A DNA stretch of 41,541 nucleotides from Octopus bimaculoides. Taxonomy: Eukaryota. Under the pieces are notes generated by a model that made no database searches, had not been told where the DNA came from, and saw only the letters and a program-made list of their open reading frames with translations. The stretch is from assembly GCF_001194135.2 (NCBI RefSeq), contig NC_068984.1:29134722-29176262 (forward strand), in the 5' to 3' direction. Both the position numbers and the translations under genes were made by a program. Within the stretch, counting starts at the first letter, position 1, and each line of letters opens with the position of its first letter. Shown piece after piece: positions 1 through 12,135 of this stretch.

Positions 1-322
1 CCTGGAATGAGATAGAAGTTGTTTCCTGTTTGTTTGCAGTCTTTATTGCACCTGAACATCTGCCACAAACAAAAACTAACTTGCTAGTTAACCTGCCTTT
101 GATGTTGCTGCACCTCTTATGTGTCCATAGCTTGCACCGGGTACATCTTATAGAGTTACTACCTACTCCTTTTCTACATACTGAGCAGGGCCATCTACCT
201 GAAGGGGTTTGTGTTTTATCTACCTTCCTACTTATTAGGATTTTGGTTTTAGCTAGGTTGACTCTAAGGCCCTTCAATTCTAGACCTTGCTTCCACACCT
301 GAAACTTCTCCTCTAGTTCTAT
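1..322 (-). mobile_element. RTE-clade LINE ORF fragment (end of RT plus PHD-like C4HC3 finger), 5'-truncated, continuing beyond the left edge
   Basis: Minus-strand frame without a start codon (absent from the ORF track) reads ELEEKFQVWKQGLELKGLRVNLAKTKILISRKVDKTQTPSGRWPCSVCRKGVGSNSIRCTRCKLWTHKRCSNIKGRLTSKLVFVCGRCSG. The GLRVNLAKTK motif matches RT domain 7 of non-LTR elements and is followed by CxxC..CxxC..HxxC..CxxC. Confidence 0.9.
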
Positions 323-420
323 ATATATATATATATATATATACATACATACATATATACATATAAATATATAAATATACATACATATATATACACATAC
401 ACGTGTGTATATATATATAT

Positions 421-1185
421 AAAAGACAGTTGCTCCCATAAGTACCAAAATAAAATTTGGGATTTATGGAGGGTCAAATTTGGGAACAAAAACAGGACAG
501 TGAAGACATACAAGGAAACTAAACAAAAACAAATATGGACGACATGACTATTCTGTGGACAGAAGTATTTTTAACTTCTATTTTTAGCGATGTAGGTGCT
601 TATGTAGTGTCCTCACGTATATGTATGTGTGTGTATATATATAAGTACATAGCTTATATTGTATGTTTATATTTTATCAATTTGGCTGATAATTCTCTTG
701 CCACTTCTGATGCTAATTTTAATAATACTATCCCTTATATTTATTTATAAATAATTTCACGCATTTCGTTTGTTTAAATAGTGTTTGGTCACTTCAAACG
801 AAATTTTGCAGGCACGGTGGGGGAAAATTTTAGTAGTTAGCTGGTAGACTTTGGCTGAAGAGAAACCAGCACCTATTTGGTATTAATACTTGCACTGAAC
901 TAGTAGAAGTAAGACATTTTTAATGTTCACTGGAACTTTTTCCTATCATGCTTGTAGTTCATTTGTGACTATTCTGTGGTACAGAAATATTTTTGACTTC
1001 TATTTTTAGCAATGTAGGTGCTCATGTAGTACCCTTGTGTCTGTTTGTGTTTGTGTGTGTGTATATATGTATATATATATATGTGTACATATCTTATATT
1101 GTATATGTTTTATTAATTTGCCTGTACTACTGATAATTCGCTCGCCACTCGTGATGATATTTTAATAATACCATCCCTTCTTATA
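421..1185. repeat. Interspersed repeat with an internal ~200-bp direct repeat; possibly a Penelope-like pseudo-LTR relic
   Basis: 545-739 and 966-1183 are diverged direct copies (TGACTATTCTGTGG...TTCTATTTTTAGC.ATGTAGGTGCT...AATAATAC.ATCCCTT). The spacer carries a 10-bp perfect hairpin stem and a CTGAAGA/GAAAC motif. The superfamily is inferred. Confidence 0.45.
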
Positions 1186-2520
1186 TATATATGTATATGT
1201 GTGTATGTATGTGTGTGTGTATGTATGTGTGTATGTATGTATGTATGTATGTATGTATGCATGCATAACAGCAATAATGTTAATTTCTTTTAAAACAAAT
1301 TCACTGTAAATTAAGTTCTCTCAGGTAGTTATTACAAAACAAAAACAAATACAAAATTTTGACATTTTTCCTAAAGATAATGGATATTTGTTTATTATAT
1401 AATAAATTTGTTGACAATTTGGTACTTACTACATCGACTAACTTTTTCAAAGCTTATATCATTTTTAGTTCTTTTTATTTTGTCAACTAGCATCACATTT
1501 ACACACTTTATAACTTTCAACAAAAGATTTAATGGATATTGGTGAGAAGAAAAAAAAAGGTTATCAGAAAAGCAAATGGTTACAGTGACAGGCTATGATT
1601 ATTTTATGTTTTTTTATGTTGCAGTATTTGTTTATTTATTATTTATAATGATTCCATTCAGTAAAACTAACTTCTGTCTCACATTTCTAAAAAGGTATTT
1701 ATTTTTATTACCAATTAAAAAAAATCTAATAAATAAAATTTTGAAAAGAAAATGCTTTATATCAATGTATTTATTGGCTTCTCTGTTGGCAACTCTTCAG
1801 TTTTGTAAATATATGTCTACACAGTGTGAGGGAGAAGTCATAAAAAGTTGGTAATAATAATATGCTTGAGATAATTTTAGAGAGGGAAAATAACAACCTG
1901 AACAATAATAATACTAATAATTTCCTGACAAAAGAAGACATGACAGGAAAGTAACATCCGTTACAATGGAAGGTTCCAGTACCACTTATATGAAAAATTT
2001 TTTTTTATCAAATCTAAAATAGAATAAATAGCAGTAGTGATAACAACAGGAAGAAAAATAGCAATAATAATGATAATAAAAACAGCAATATACATTAATG
2101 AACTTAAAAGCTAAAAAGAAAAAAGAAAGAATGCATGCTGACTTTAATGTCAAAAATTAATTAATGGATTTTTTTAAAAATTCCTCACCTACTAATTTTG
2201 AGGAAATTTCATTGTGAAAAATAAATGATAATTGCATTAATATTCCGTACATTTTTGTAAATGAAAGAAATGTAATTTTCCTGATGAGATATTGACGAAT
2301 TGTTTAATAATGTTTAGTACTGAGTAAATGCAAATGTTCTGTTAACATGCTTTCACATGTCTGGAACATCAGGCTGAAGTTGATAGATCATTCCATTCTA
2401 CAAGTGTTAAATTATATCAGTATGAGTTATATACATCAGCCAAAGCCATGCTAGCATAGAAAAACAGACGTTAAATAAATAAAAATATGCATTGTGTATA
2501 TATGTGTATGTGTGTGTGAA

Positions 2521-2597
2521 GGCGCATGGCTCAGTGATTAGAGCATCAGGCTTACAATCATGAGGTAGTGAGTTCAATTCCCAGACTGGGCTATGTG
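2521..2597 (+). mobile_element. tRNA-derived SINE head (truncated)
   Basis: GGCGCATGGCTCAGTGATTAGAGC...GAGTTCAATTCCC has A-box- and B-box-like motifs, no CCA end and a degraded cloverleaf. Confidence 0.75.
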
Positions 2598-3009
2598 TGA
2601 AACAGATAGTAGACTTGCAAATTGCATAGCAGTCTGCTTTAGAACTGGTACCATGCAAAAAAGCAAACATAGAGAAGTGGAGCACAGTATAGTCCTCATA
2701 CCCATAAAATTCCTTCAAATCATGTCTTCATGGAAAATGGAATTTCAAAGATGATGATGATACATACTTGTGTGTGTGTGTGCTTGGATGGATGGCTGGA
2801 TGAGTAGACATATAGACATTTCATACTGCTCCAGGCTTCTCAGCCGTAATTAAGCAGTAGCTGGTTGTTGGTGCAGCCCTCTCTCCCTATGGCTCTCACA
2901 TTCTGGATATTCCATTGGAACTGCCTTGAAATTACATAGGCATCTAAGGCAGTTAGCAATGACACATGCTATCCTGAGTGCATACATATATGTGTATATG
3001 TGTGTGTGT

Positions 3010-3041
<32 letters not shown>

Positions 3042-3051
3042 NNNNNNNNNN

Positions 3052-3090
<39 letters not shown>

Positions 3091-5101
3091 TATATATATA
3101 TGCACATACAAAGACATATATAAAAGTATATAATATTTATGAAGCATATTCACATCAAAGCATTTACAGCAGGCAGGACGTTTAGCTGTAAAACAATGCC
3201 TCAATACATTCATCTAACCCATACTAGTATGGAAAATGGACATAAAAACAAAGGGATGAATACATATAAACATATGCATATATGTACAACACACATACAC
3301 ATATTCATGTGTGCATGTATATATGCCTGTGTATATGCATATATGTATATACATATGTTTAAGATCTTTTATATATATATATATATATTCAAGTATATAT
3401 GCATATTATAAACTTCTAATGTGAATAATAATGAGGAACAGTAAAATAATTCAACTAAAATGTGATGTAAATCTAAATCACTACAAAGTCTTCTTGTAGT
3501 TGTTAACTAAGGATTGTGAATATATTATATTTAATGCTTTTGGGAAACAGTAGTAGAACAATACTAATGCTGATTTCTTAATTATGCATGAAGCTGTTCT
3601 TGAGAGGCAAGTAGTATACTTAAGTGAAATATTATCACCAACTTGAACTGATAATAATAATATCAATAATAATAGTCATTTACTTCGCATGTGTCATCAC
3701 ACGGAAACTGTCAATTTTCTGCAACTGTGTTTTAATTTCAATTACTAATTAAACTAAAATGACTGATAACAATCTAGTGACAAAAATGTCCACTAACTTA
3801 ATTACCAAATATCAATGACATTTGAGTTTTAAATTCTGCATTATTTTTAATATTCTTGTATTATATATTTATTACTGTTCTTTCTTCGGTTTCATTTTAC
3901 TATTTTATTTTCTCTTTAGACCATTAAGACATTCAAATGTAGCTTTTATTCTATGATTTTCTGTGAAAATTTCATTAAGATTCTTGTGAATCTGAAACGC
4001 TACACTTTTGAACTTTTTTCATTTTTTTTTTTTCTTTTATATATATTTTTTCCTTTTTATAAAATCTATCTTTAGAACTAACTGTATGAAACTCTTCTGA
4101 AATGAAGAATGTAAAGAATGTAATTAATGAGAGGATGTGTATTGTTAAATTTAAGTTCCTTGGTTTCTAGTGTGTACAATGAGAAATAAAAGATTAAAAG
4201 ATAGGATATTGGCTTTCTCTTTGTTTTAAATAGCACTCACTGTAAGTATATCCATCACATTAGAATATTACATACTTCTATTTCCGTTTTTCCTTTCTTT
4301 ACTATCTATCAAAGATACCTCATTCCAAATATGTACTATAATAGTTCTCCTTGTCTTGAATTAGTATAAGTCCCACTTTTTAAAAGAGTACAAAATTTAT
4401 ATTGAAAAGTAATATAAAATAGCTGATGCTAAGAAAGTTACTGTAATCTTTACTGCAGCTCTGCTGCAGGAAATGTTAAGACATTCATTATGTGAACATT
4501 TTAAAAAGCTTTGCTGTATACCTACACTATCCTGATGAGTAAATTTTTTCAAAGAAAATATATTCAAAACATGATGGAATGAAAACTGGACTTTGTAACA
4601 AGGATACTGATAAAGACAACATTGATACTGATAAAAATGGCACTGACTTTTCCTGCCATTGCCTCATTGCCATTCTCAGCATCAAACTCCAGAACAATAT
4701 CTATGGTATGCATCATTTTAAATATACTTAACATGGACTTTTACAATGTCCACTCAGTCAGTTACTCATGTTTTCACATGTATGAAAATCAATAAGAATG
4801 CTGAATGTTATTGCTCAATCCACATTAATATTTCAGTTGTTTCATAGTTATATATAAATATATCTACCTTATGTACAGATATGTCAGTGGTATAAATCCC
4901 AGAAGCCAAGATGTTAAATAACTTCAGACCACCTGCCCTAGTATGATATTTTACTTATCTGAGAATTTTTGAATTTAGTGGTGAAATTTTCTCAGGAGAT
5001 TGTCAATTATATATTTTTGAATGGCACAATCACTGACCTTTCAAATGTACTAAGATGGATTTCTAATCATGATGGGTTTATGCAAGAATATAAGACTTTA
5101 A

Positions 5102-5321
5102 CCCTTTAGCATTCAAACTGACCATATCCAACCATAATATTCTGCCTCTTTTATATTCAAATTGGCCAGATCTAATATTTCACACAATCTATACTGTCAC
5201 AATAAAAATTAAAACAATTGCATCATTGAAATCTTGAAAGCACTAGATAATGCACGATTAATTCAAGACAATGTGAATAAATAAGCATTACATTTGACAG
5301 AGTAACCTGAATGCTAAAGGG
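5102..5321. mobile_element. piggyBac-type non-autonomous element (MITE)
   Basis: Perfect 14-bp TIRs CCCTTTAGCATTCA / TGAATGCTAAAGGG. Flanks are TTAA (5098-5101) and TTCA (5322-5325, a mutated TSD). CCC/GGG termini with a TTAA target are characteristic of piggyBac. Confidence 0.85.
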
Positions 5322-6352
5322 TTCAAGATATTGTCCAAAAATTTAAGTAAAGATTTATTCAAGTGACAATTTGGTGGTTGTAAAAATAATTTTTTAATAT
5401 CCTAAACCTTTTCAGCTTATAAATTTTGAATGAATATAGACAAAACTATAACTTTTATACAAAAGCTTATATTTGAAATATAAAACACATTAAACCCCAT
5501 GATTTAAATGTAGACCTATTTCTCAGAAGTACAAGAGAAGTTTATTGCCAAATTTGTTAAAATTATTGTCTACACTCAAAATTAAGTAACAATCTATAAT
5601 AATAAATGCAAAATTGTGTCTGTCCATCTGGGACCCCTGTATCTTGGTCTACATTTGCTCTACATAGACATATTGTACTTTTTTGGAATCAAGATGATCT
5701 TGGGATTGAAGATCTGCCCTTCATTTGGTTCTTGAACCTCCAGCATTGGAATCAGGTTGAGCTGAGTATTTGCTATATGCTAGCAGTAGAAAATTCAAAT
5801 TTTAAAAGTGACTCTATAAATTGAACTATATCACTAATAAGCAATTTGGCAACTTGCATTTTTGAGTTTGAATCATATCAATGTCAACAAAGCCTTTTAT
5901 CCTCCCACTTCCATTCATTTTGCACAAAAATGACTGATGGAAAAGTTAAACTCTGAACCTGACAGTATCAAGTAAGCTAATACTGATCAAAATCTACTTA
6001 ACTCATTAATGCCCAATATTTTTTTTTTATTATTTTATTATCAAAAAACAGTACTTTATACATTATGTAATACAAAATATATAAAAAGAAAATAACACCA
6101 GAAGCTTTGATCCTAAGTAAAGTCACAAAGTACTTTTTAATTTTTTGGATACTCCAAAAATTAAAATTGTGCAGAAAAAGTATAATTAATTTTACAAAAA
6201 CGTTATTTCACACATAATAGCAAATCATACAGCTTTCATTGAACAGAGGCAATGATTTCTGAACAAAAACAACTTTTTCATAACTTACAAAAGATAATTT
6301 GTCTCTAACTTGAAAATAAACTTCATTAAGAGTGAATTATTTTTTGCCGATC

Positions 6353-6472
6353 ATATACGGCCATATCATGTTGAATGTACCGGTTCTCACCCAATAACCG
6401 AAGTTAAGCAACATTGAGCCTAGATAGTACTTAGATGGGTGACTGCATGAAAAACCTAGGTGCTGTAAGCAT
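6353..6472 (+). pseudogene. 5S rRNA pseudogene, full length (~120 nt)
   Basis: TACGGCCATATCATGTTGAATGTACCGGTTCTCACCCAATAACCGAAGTTAAGCAACATTGAGCCTAGATAGTACTTAGATGGGTGACTGCATGAAAAACCTAGGTGCTGTAAGC follows metazoan 5S end to end, including box A and box C regions. Many departures from the recalled consensus are CpG to TpG/CpA changes. The copy is solitary, not in a tandem array. Confidence 0.92.
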
Positions 6473-6486
6473 CTCACACTTTTATA

Positions 6487-6840
6487 GGTGGAGATGTGGC
6501 TGTGCGGAAAGAAGATTGTTTCCTAACCACATTAGTTCATGGGAAAGTGTTTTCTTCTATAGCTTCAAGCCAAACAAAGTATTGTGAGTGGATTTGATAA
6601 ACGAAAATTGAAAGAAGCCAACTGAATGTGCGTGTGTGTGTGAGAGACTTTGTGCCTGCATTTGTCCCTCACCCCAACCACTTGACAACTGGTGCTGGTG
6701 TGTTTACATCCCCTTAACGTAGCAGCTCAGCAAAAGAGACCAATAGGATAAGTGATAGGCTTTTAAGTAATAAGCTCTGGATTTAATAAATTTGACTAAA
6801 AATTCTTCAAGTTGGTACCCTTGTGTTGTCGCAGTCTAAT
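6487..6840 (+). mobile_element. tRNA-derived SINE, family A (octopus OK/OR-like), decayed, with a central (TG)n
   Basis: Head GTGGCTGTG..GAAG...AACCACAT, body GTGAGTGGATTTG...GAAAGAAGCC, and 3' half CTTGACAAC.GGTGCTGGTGTGTTTAC...GCAAAAGAGAC, all shared with the copies at 28454, 35946 and 40020. Confidence 0.85.
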
Positions 6841-8491
6841 ATATCTGTATGGCAGCATTATAAAAGGCTTCCCCTGAATAACACAACTCAGTTACTTAAA
6901 TATAGTTTAACATAAAATAAACAAATGGTACGACATACAGGGAAAGCAAGCTAAACTTACACAAAGAATAAAATTCAGTTAAGTTCCTGACATTCATTAA
7001 TGTTTCTAAATCTATTCGTTTAAAATTAGAACAATTAGTGCAGGAATTTTAGGAAAAAGAAATTAAAGTCTTTTTATTTTTAATACCTTAGTTCTCAATC
7101 AATCCATAAATAATATCCAATATCATTTGTAAAAGATCAGGTGTCAAAGTTGTAGATTAATAGCAGAAAGTTGAAACTAAGAAGGAATTCTAAAGCAACA
7201 CAAGATATAATCAAGTATTCAGTCCATTGATCAACATCTTAGCATTTCTAAATGAACATAATAAATTCAATCATGTAGCAAGAAACAGCATCTAATAATC
7301 CAATGATTATATGTTAATACTTTTGTACTGGAAAATGACCTGGTCTACACATAGTAATGAATACAAGAGCAAGCTAATTTTTCATATCTAGTACAGAATA
7401 AAATGAAATGATTAGAAACAAGTACACAGATCAAGGATACAATATCAGCAGATGTATAGAAACAATCCAAGTGCCAAACCTATGCAGCATGGATTTTCAT
7501 ATTCAAAGTTTTCAAAGCCTATTAGTGAATTTGTTTTAAATTTTATATAGAGTGAATATGAAATTAACATCTTTATTACTTGAGAGGGTAGATAAAGTAA
7601 ACTCATTCATGTTAAAAATAATTTAAAACACATATAACACTGCAAAATATAGCTTATAAGTTATTAACAAGTCACTGACAGCTTAAAAATTAATTCTGCT
7701 GATAATTCACTCATAGACAGCTACTTTTAACTGATTTTCCAGTTTCTTACACCTCCAAAGAAATAACACAAAAATCTATTATAATAATTAAGATGCCATA
7801 GCAGAATACTAGTGATGCACTCTTAAGCAAAATGATTTATTATTTTGTGGTTGGACATTAAAAAAACAGAAACAAGTTAGGTAGGCCACATTTCAGAATA
7901 TAAGATTAGTTAGCATGTTTGATAGGACCCACTCACCTTCTTTTTCAATTAATATTGTTTGTTTTGCTGGAGGACAATAAAATATTTATGAATAACAAAA
8001 CATTTTTACTTCATTCTGAAACTATATTAACTATTTTGAATTTATGTTACATTACTTTCTTCCTACATTGTAATGAAATATTAGGAAGCTACTTTTAATA
8101 AAGTGTATTGTAATCATATAAACTCCATCATAAATTTCGTTCTTCTGTTTAAATGTGACAATATGATAAGAAATACTTTCTCAGAAAATTGTTTCATTAT
8201 TTTTATATCCACTTCACACAATATGATTATGAGTTACTAAACTTGAATAATAAAAACTGAACAAAAAATTATATCTTTTTAAATTCTTTTTTATCTGAAA
8301 GCTCTTGTATGTTTGATAATAAAGCATTGTTCATAATTATATTTGATCAAGCTTTGACAAGTGTGAGGTAAAAAGCTATTATAGCAATTGAATGAATTAT
8401 CAAGCTGTCTTCAAATACAAATAAACTTTGCAACACATTGAAAACTCTTCCACTTGTGTGTATGAGTATGTATGTGTGTGTGTATATATAT

Positions 8492-8536
<45 letters not shown>

Positions 8537-8579
8537 TTATGCTGCAATTTCTCTTTTGGCATGGTCTCTATGAATGGAT

Positions 8580-8775
8580 GTTAATCTTAATGCCAACCAC
8601 TTTACAGTCTGCATTAAATGCTATTTTCATGGCACCAACACTAGTGAGGTTGCCATGCAGCTTGCAAGACTAAGATTCCCTTCAACTAAGTGGAGATTTT
8701 GGTAGAGAGGGAAGCAACTCTATGGTAAGAGAAGAAGCGAAAGGAGAACAGCTTTCTTGCAAGGGAGACCAACTG
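8580..8775 (-). mobile_element. Decayed RTE 3'-region repeat
   Basis: ATGCCAACCACTTTACAG...GGCACCAACACTAGTGAGG matches the family seen at 12676, 20650, 28632 and 31433. Confidence 0.55.
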
Positions 8776-10112
8776 AGCAGTTGTCTATATATATATATAT
8801 ATATACATATAAATTTGACATGCGCGATTCTTTCTTGTCTTGGGATCCACAGCCAAAAGGCTGGGTGGAATTGCGCAAAAAATTACACAGATATGTAGAA
8901 TGATCCAGTGGTGATGTTGGGCTTTGTATTTTTTCATAGCTCCCATGGTTACAAAGATAATCATAATAATAGTCTTGTGTTTATGAATGAGAAAGGAAGG
9001 GGTGAAGATTGTACACTGAAAAAATAAATCAAACAGCATTTCAACTCTTGTGTGAATATGTGCGTGTATGTAAGGGGGGGGGGTGAATGTGTGTGTGTGC
9101 ACATGCGCAATGGAAGTGGGATGGTTCATCTTTGTTCGCTTAGTATTTGGGTTTATTTTTTGATTTGGTTGAATCTTGGTTGGTTTTTGTTTTTCATTGG
9201 TCAGTTATTTTTAGCATTTTGACAGAAAAAAGTCATTCTAAAGTTGTTTTTTTGCCTAATTCTATACATAAATATTTTACATACATTTACATTGATATAT
9301 ATTTATATGCACATACATACACATACTTATATATACACATGTGTATGTGTACGTATATATACATACATACATCATACACACATCACACACATAAATACAC
9401 ACACAAATACATAAGTGTGTGTGTGTGGGGTGGGGTATATACACACGATGTGCTTCTTCATTTATTATCTACTAATTTCACTCACAAGGTATTGGTCAAC
9501 CTGCTGCTATAGTATAGGTCAAAACTGTATTACAGAAAGTCATACTAAAGTGATGGCACAAATTATGGCTACAGAGCTGCATTCGCTGCTGTAGTAAGAG
9601 AACACAATAAAGAAAAAAACTTCTGAAGAAGAATAACAGCAATAATGAAAACAATAATATTTCTAAGGAAGGATTAATAAACACCAATCCTTACCTACTG
9701 AACAAAATAGAGAGTAGATACAAATGTTATACTACAGCCATAAATAATCTCATATATAAGAAGATTTAAAGACTTAAGGAAGAAACTATTGTCTAAGGGG
9801 CCTGCTCTTTACAAGTATGTAATAAAACAATGTGCAAAAGGTCACACAGAAAGGAAGAAAGGTTATAAAGACACATAATGTATGGTTATGTGAATACATT
9901 GAAATTAAGGAATTGAAATAGAGCAAGGTGACTAATAAATATGTCAGAATGCAACACTCAAGCATGAATAACAAAATCAGATATGGTACTATATTAGTAT
10001 TCAGATAATATTAAGAAAGGAGGCAAATATCACACAGTTATCAAACTACTGAAATATACATTGTTATATATATACAGCTTACTCAGGTTATGAATTTTCT
10101 TTTTTTAATGAA

Positions 10113-10462
10113 ATAATACATGGACTCATTGAAGCTCAGACATCTGGCAACTGGCTTGGTAGACACCCACAAGATTATCCACCATCTTTCCAACAACCTT
10201 GGGCACCTTTTTGAATTCCATACGTCAAACTCTCATGGACATGATCACAAAATCAAAAATACAATACAGCACCCACGACTTTCGGAAACATATTTTCATG
10301 CTCAGAATTGTTGAAGCATGGAATAAACTACCTGAATCAGTCTTTAGCTGTCAAGACATTACATCCTTCAAAACTCTCATGCTTCCTGAAATCCACCAAT
10401 AGTATAGGCTTTTTTTTCTTAGTTGTAGCGCACCTGAGCACTATATACAACTATTTCTTTCA
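10113..10462 (+). mobile_element. CR1/L2-group LINE 3' end
   Basis: Overlapping frames give MDSLKLRHLATGLVDTHKIIH...SNSHGHDHKI / YSTHDFRKHIFMLRIVEAWNKLPESVFSCQDITSFK. This matches the C-terminal LxxRR..DL...RGH..KL...R..FF..RV...WN.LP signature of CR1/L2 ORF2. Confidence 0.85.
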
Positions 10463-11986
10463 TATAAGTGAAATTAATATATCTATATTAGTAATAAGTT
10501 ATAGCTTTAATGTTGGAGATCCAGATTACCTTTTGGTATTAATACTGATTCACTCTCAATTAATTACTTTTTAATAAGTCCACTGGCTATTTGCAACACC
10601 AGTGCCTGAATAGATTCTATATAGTGTTGACAAGAAATTTAGCTGTTATTGTGCTGCAGACATCTGTCACTGAGGAACCAATAGTAGAGTGAAATGTGTT
10701 CTGGCATTTCCAGCAACTATAGCAAACAATTCTAGTCTTTCAACGATATAGTTTTGAGTACTTTTATGCACCAAAAATCCTTATGAGAGATTCTCTTTAG
10801 ATAAATAATGCAGCATCTTGTGTTCTAACGTATCCTCCATGTTATGATGGAGGTCAAAATTACCATTTAGTATTAATATTGTTTCTGTCAATATTAATTA
10901 TTATGATTTGATAGAAAAAAGAAAGAATTATGACACTCCTATGCATACACCACTCAACAGCTGAAATAGTTTTATTTATCCCACACAAGTAGAAGAGTTA
11001 TAATAAGAAAACTGATATATAAAAACATACAGAAATATATAGTAAAAAATATAATAGAATAAAGTAAATAGATAAGAAACAGGTGAAATAAACTTTTTTT
11101 ATTATCACAGAGTCTAAATAGCATAAATCACTCTAAGACAAATTTAATGGAAAAGAAAAAAAAAATCAATGAACAAAAATATGCATAAAATGTCGCAAAA
11201 TACTCTTAAATAGTACTTCATAAGCCCTAAAAGACAGTAGAAACCTATGAAAATCAGATTATTGGATCCAGGTTATAAAACGATTTTTCTGATAACTACA
11301 GACCAAGTGGATACCACAAATAAGCATTAACTCAACTGTTTCAAGATTTGCAACCTTATCAAATACCAAATATATCATTAGGATAATTACCAAGACTGGT
11401 CTATCTACAGAAAGTCATCACTTTAAAAATAATATACCATACAGATATAAATGAAGATAAGGAATGGAAATGCTATGGTAAGTTTTCACAAATGGGTTCT
11501 AGATTCCATATAATGTTATTTTTAATCAGTATGCCCTTTCCAATATATTATTTTTTGATGAGCTCTATTATTTATTTACAGCTTCTATGCAATTATCATA
11601 ATTCTAAAATTACATATTAATGCTACTTGAAGGCAGAATATGCTAAACACACTTATTCTAGTAACACATAGATATTATCTGAAATTTCTAACTACTGTAG
11701 TCAATATAAATAATACTGATATCCATGTAAATATTAAATAAAAAATAAAACAAGTACAGTTTAGATAAGTGGAAATTTAAAACTTAAATTAATGACTACA
11801 AGAAAAAATATGATTTTTGGAAAAATGAGTGTAATTATGAAACAATTAGAACATACAGGCATGATTCCTTTAATGTTTGAAGATTAGTATAAAGACTAAT
11901 CATGTTTCCCAGAGGTGTATTTGCTTATAAGATTATTGTAACAATGGCTCCTATGTTTTCTTGCATTCATATATGTGCATTCAATA

Positions 11987-12135
11987 AGCTTCTTTCAGTT
12001 TCCTTCTACCAAATCTTTCGTTTGTCACAAGCTATTATAGGAGACAGTTTTTCAAGGTGCCACATAGTGGGATTGAACCTGAAACCATGTGAATAGGAAG
12101 TAAACTTCTTAAACCATAGGATCATACCTGCTCCT
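11987..12135 (-). mobile_element. SINE family A, 5' half
   Basis: Reverse complement of the head (GTGGGATTGAACCTGAAACCATGTG...AAACTTCTTAAACCA) and of GAAACTGAAAGAAGC. Confidence 0.7.

Noticed and set aside
10864-10884. 21-nt minus-strand microexon candidate (TILILN)
   Set aside because: Weak acceptor tract and a weak GTAATT donor.
11445-11477. Plus-strand 33-nt exon candidate (INEDKEWKCY, GTAAGT donor)
   Set aside because: The acceptor has a poor pyrimidine tract, and isolated GTAAGT hexamers are expected by chance in 41 kb of AT-rich DNA.
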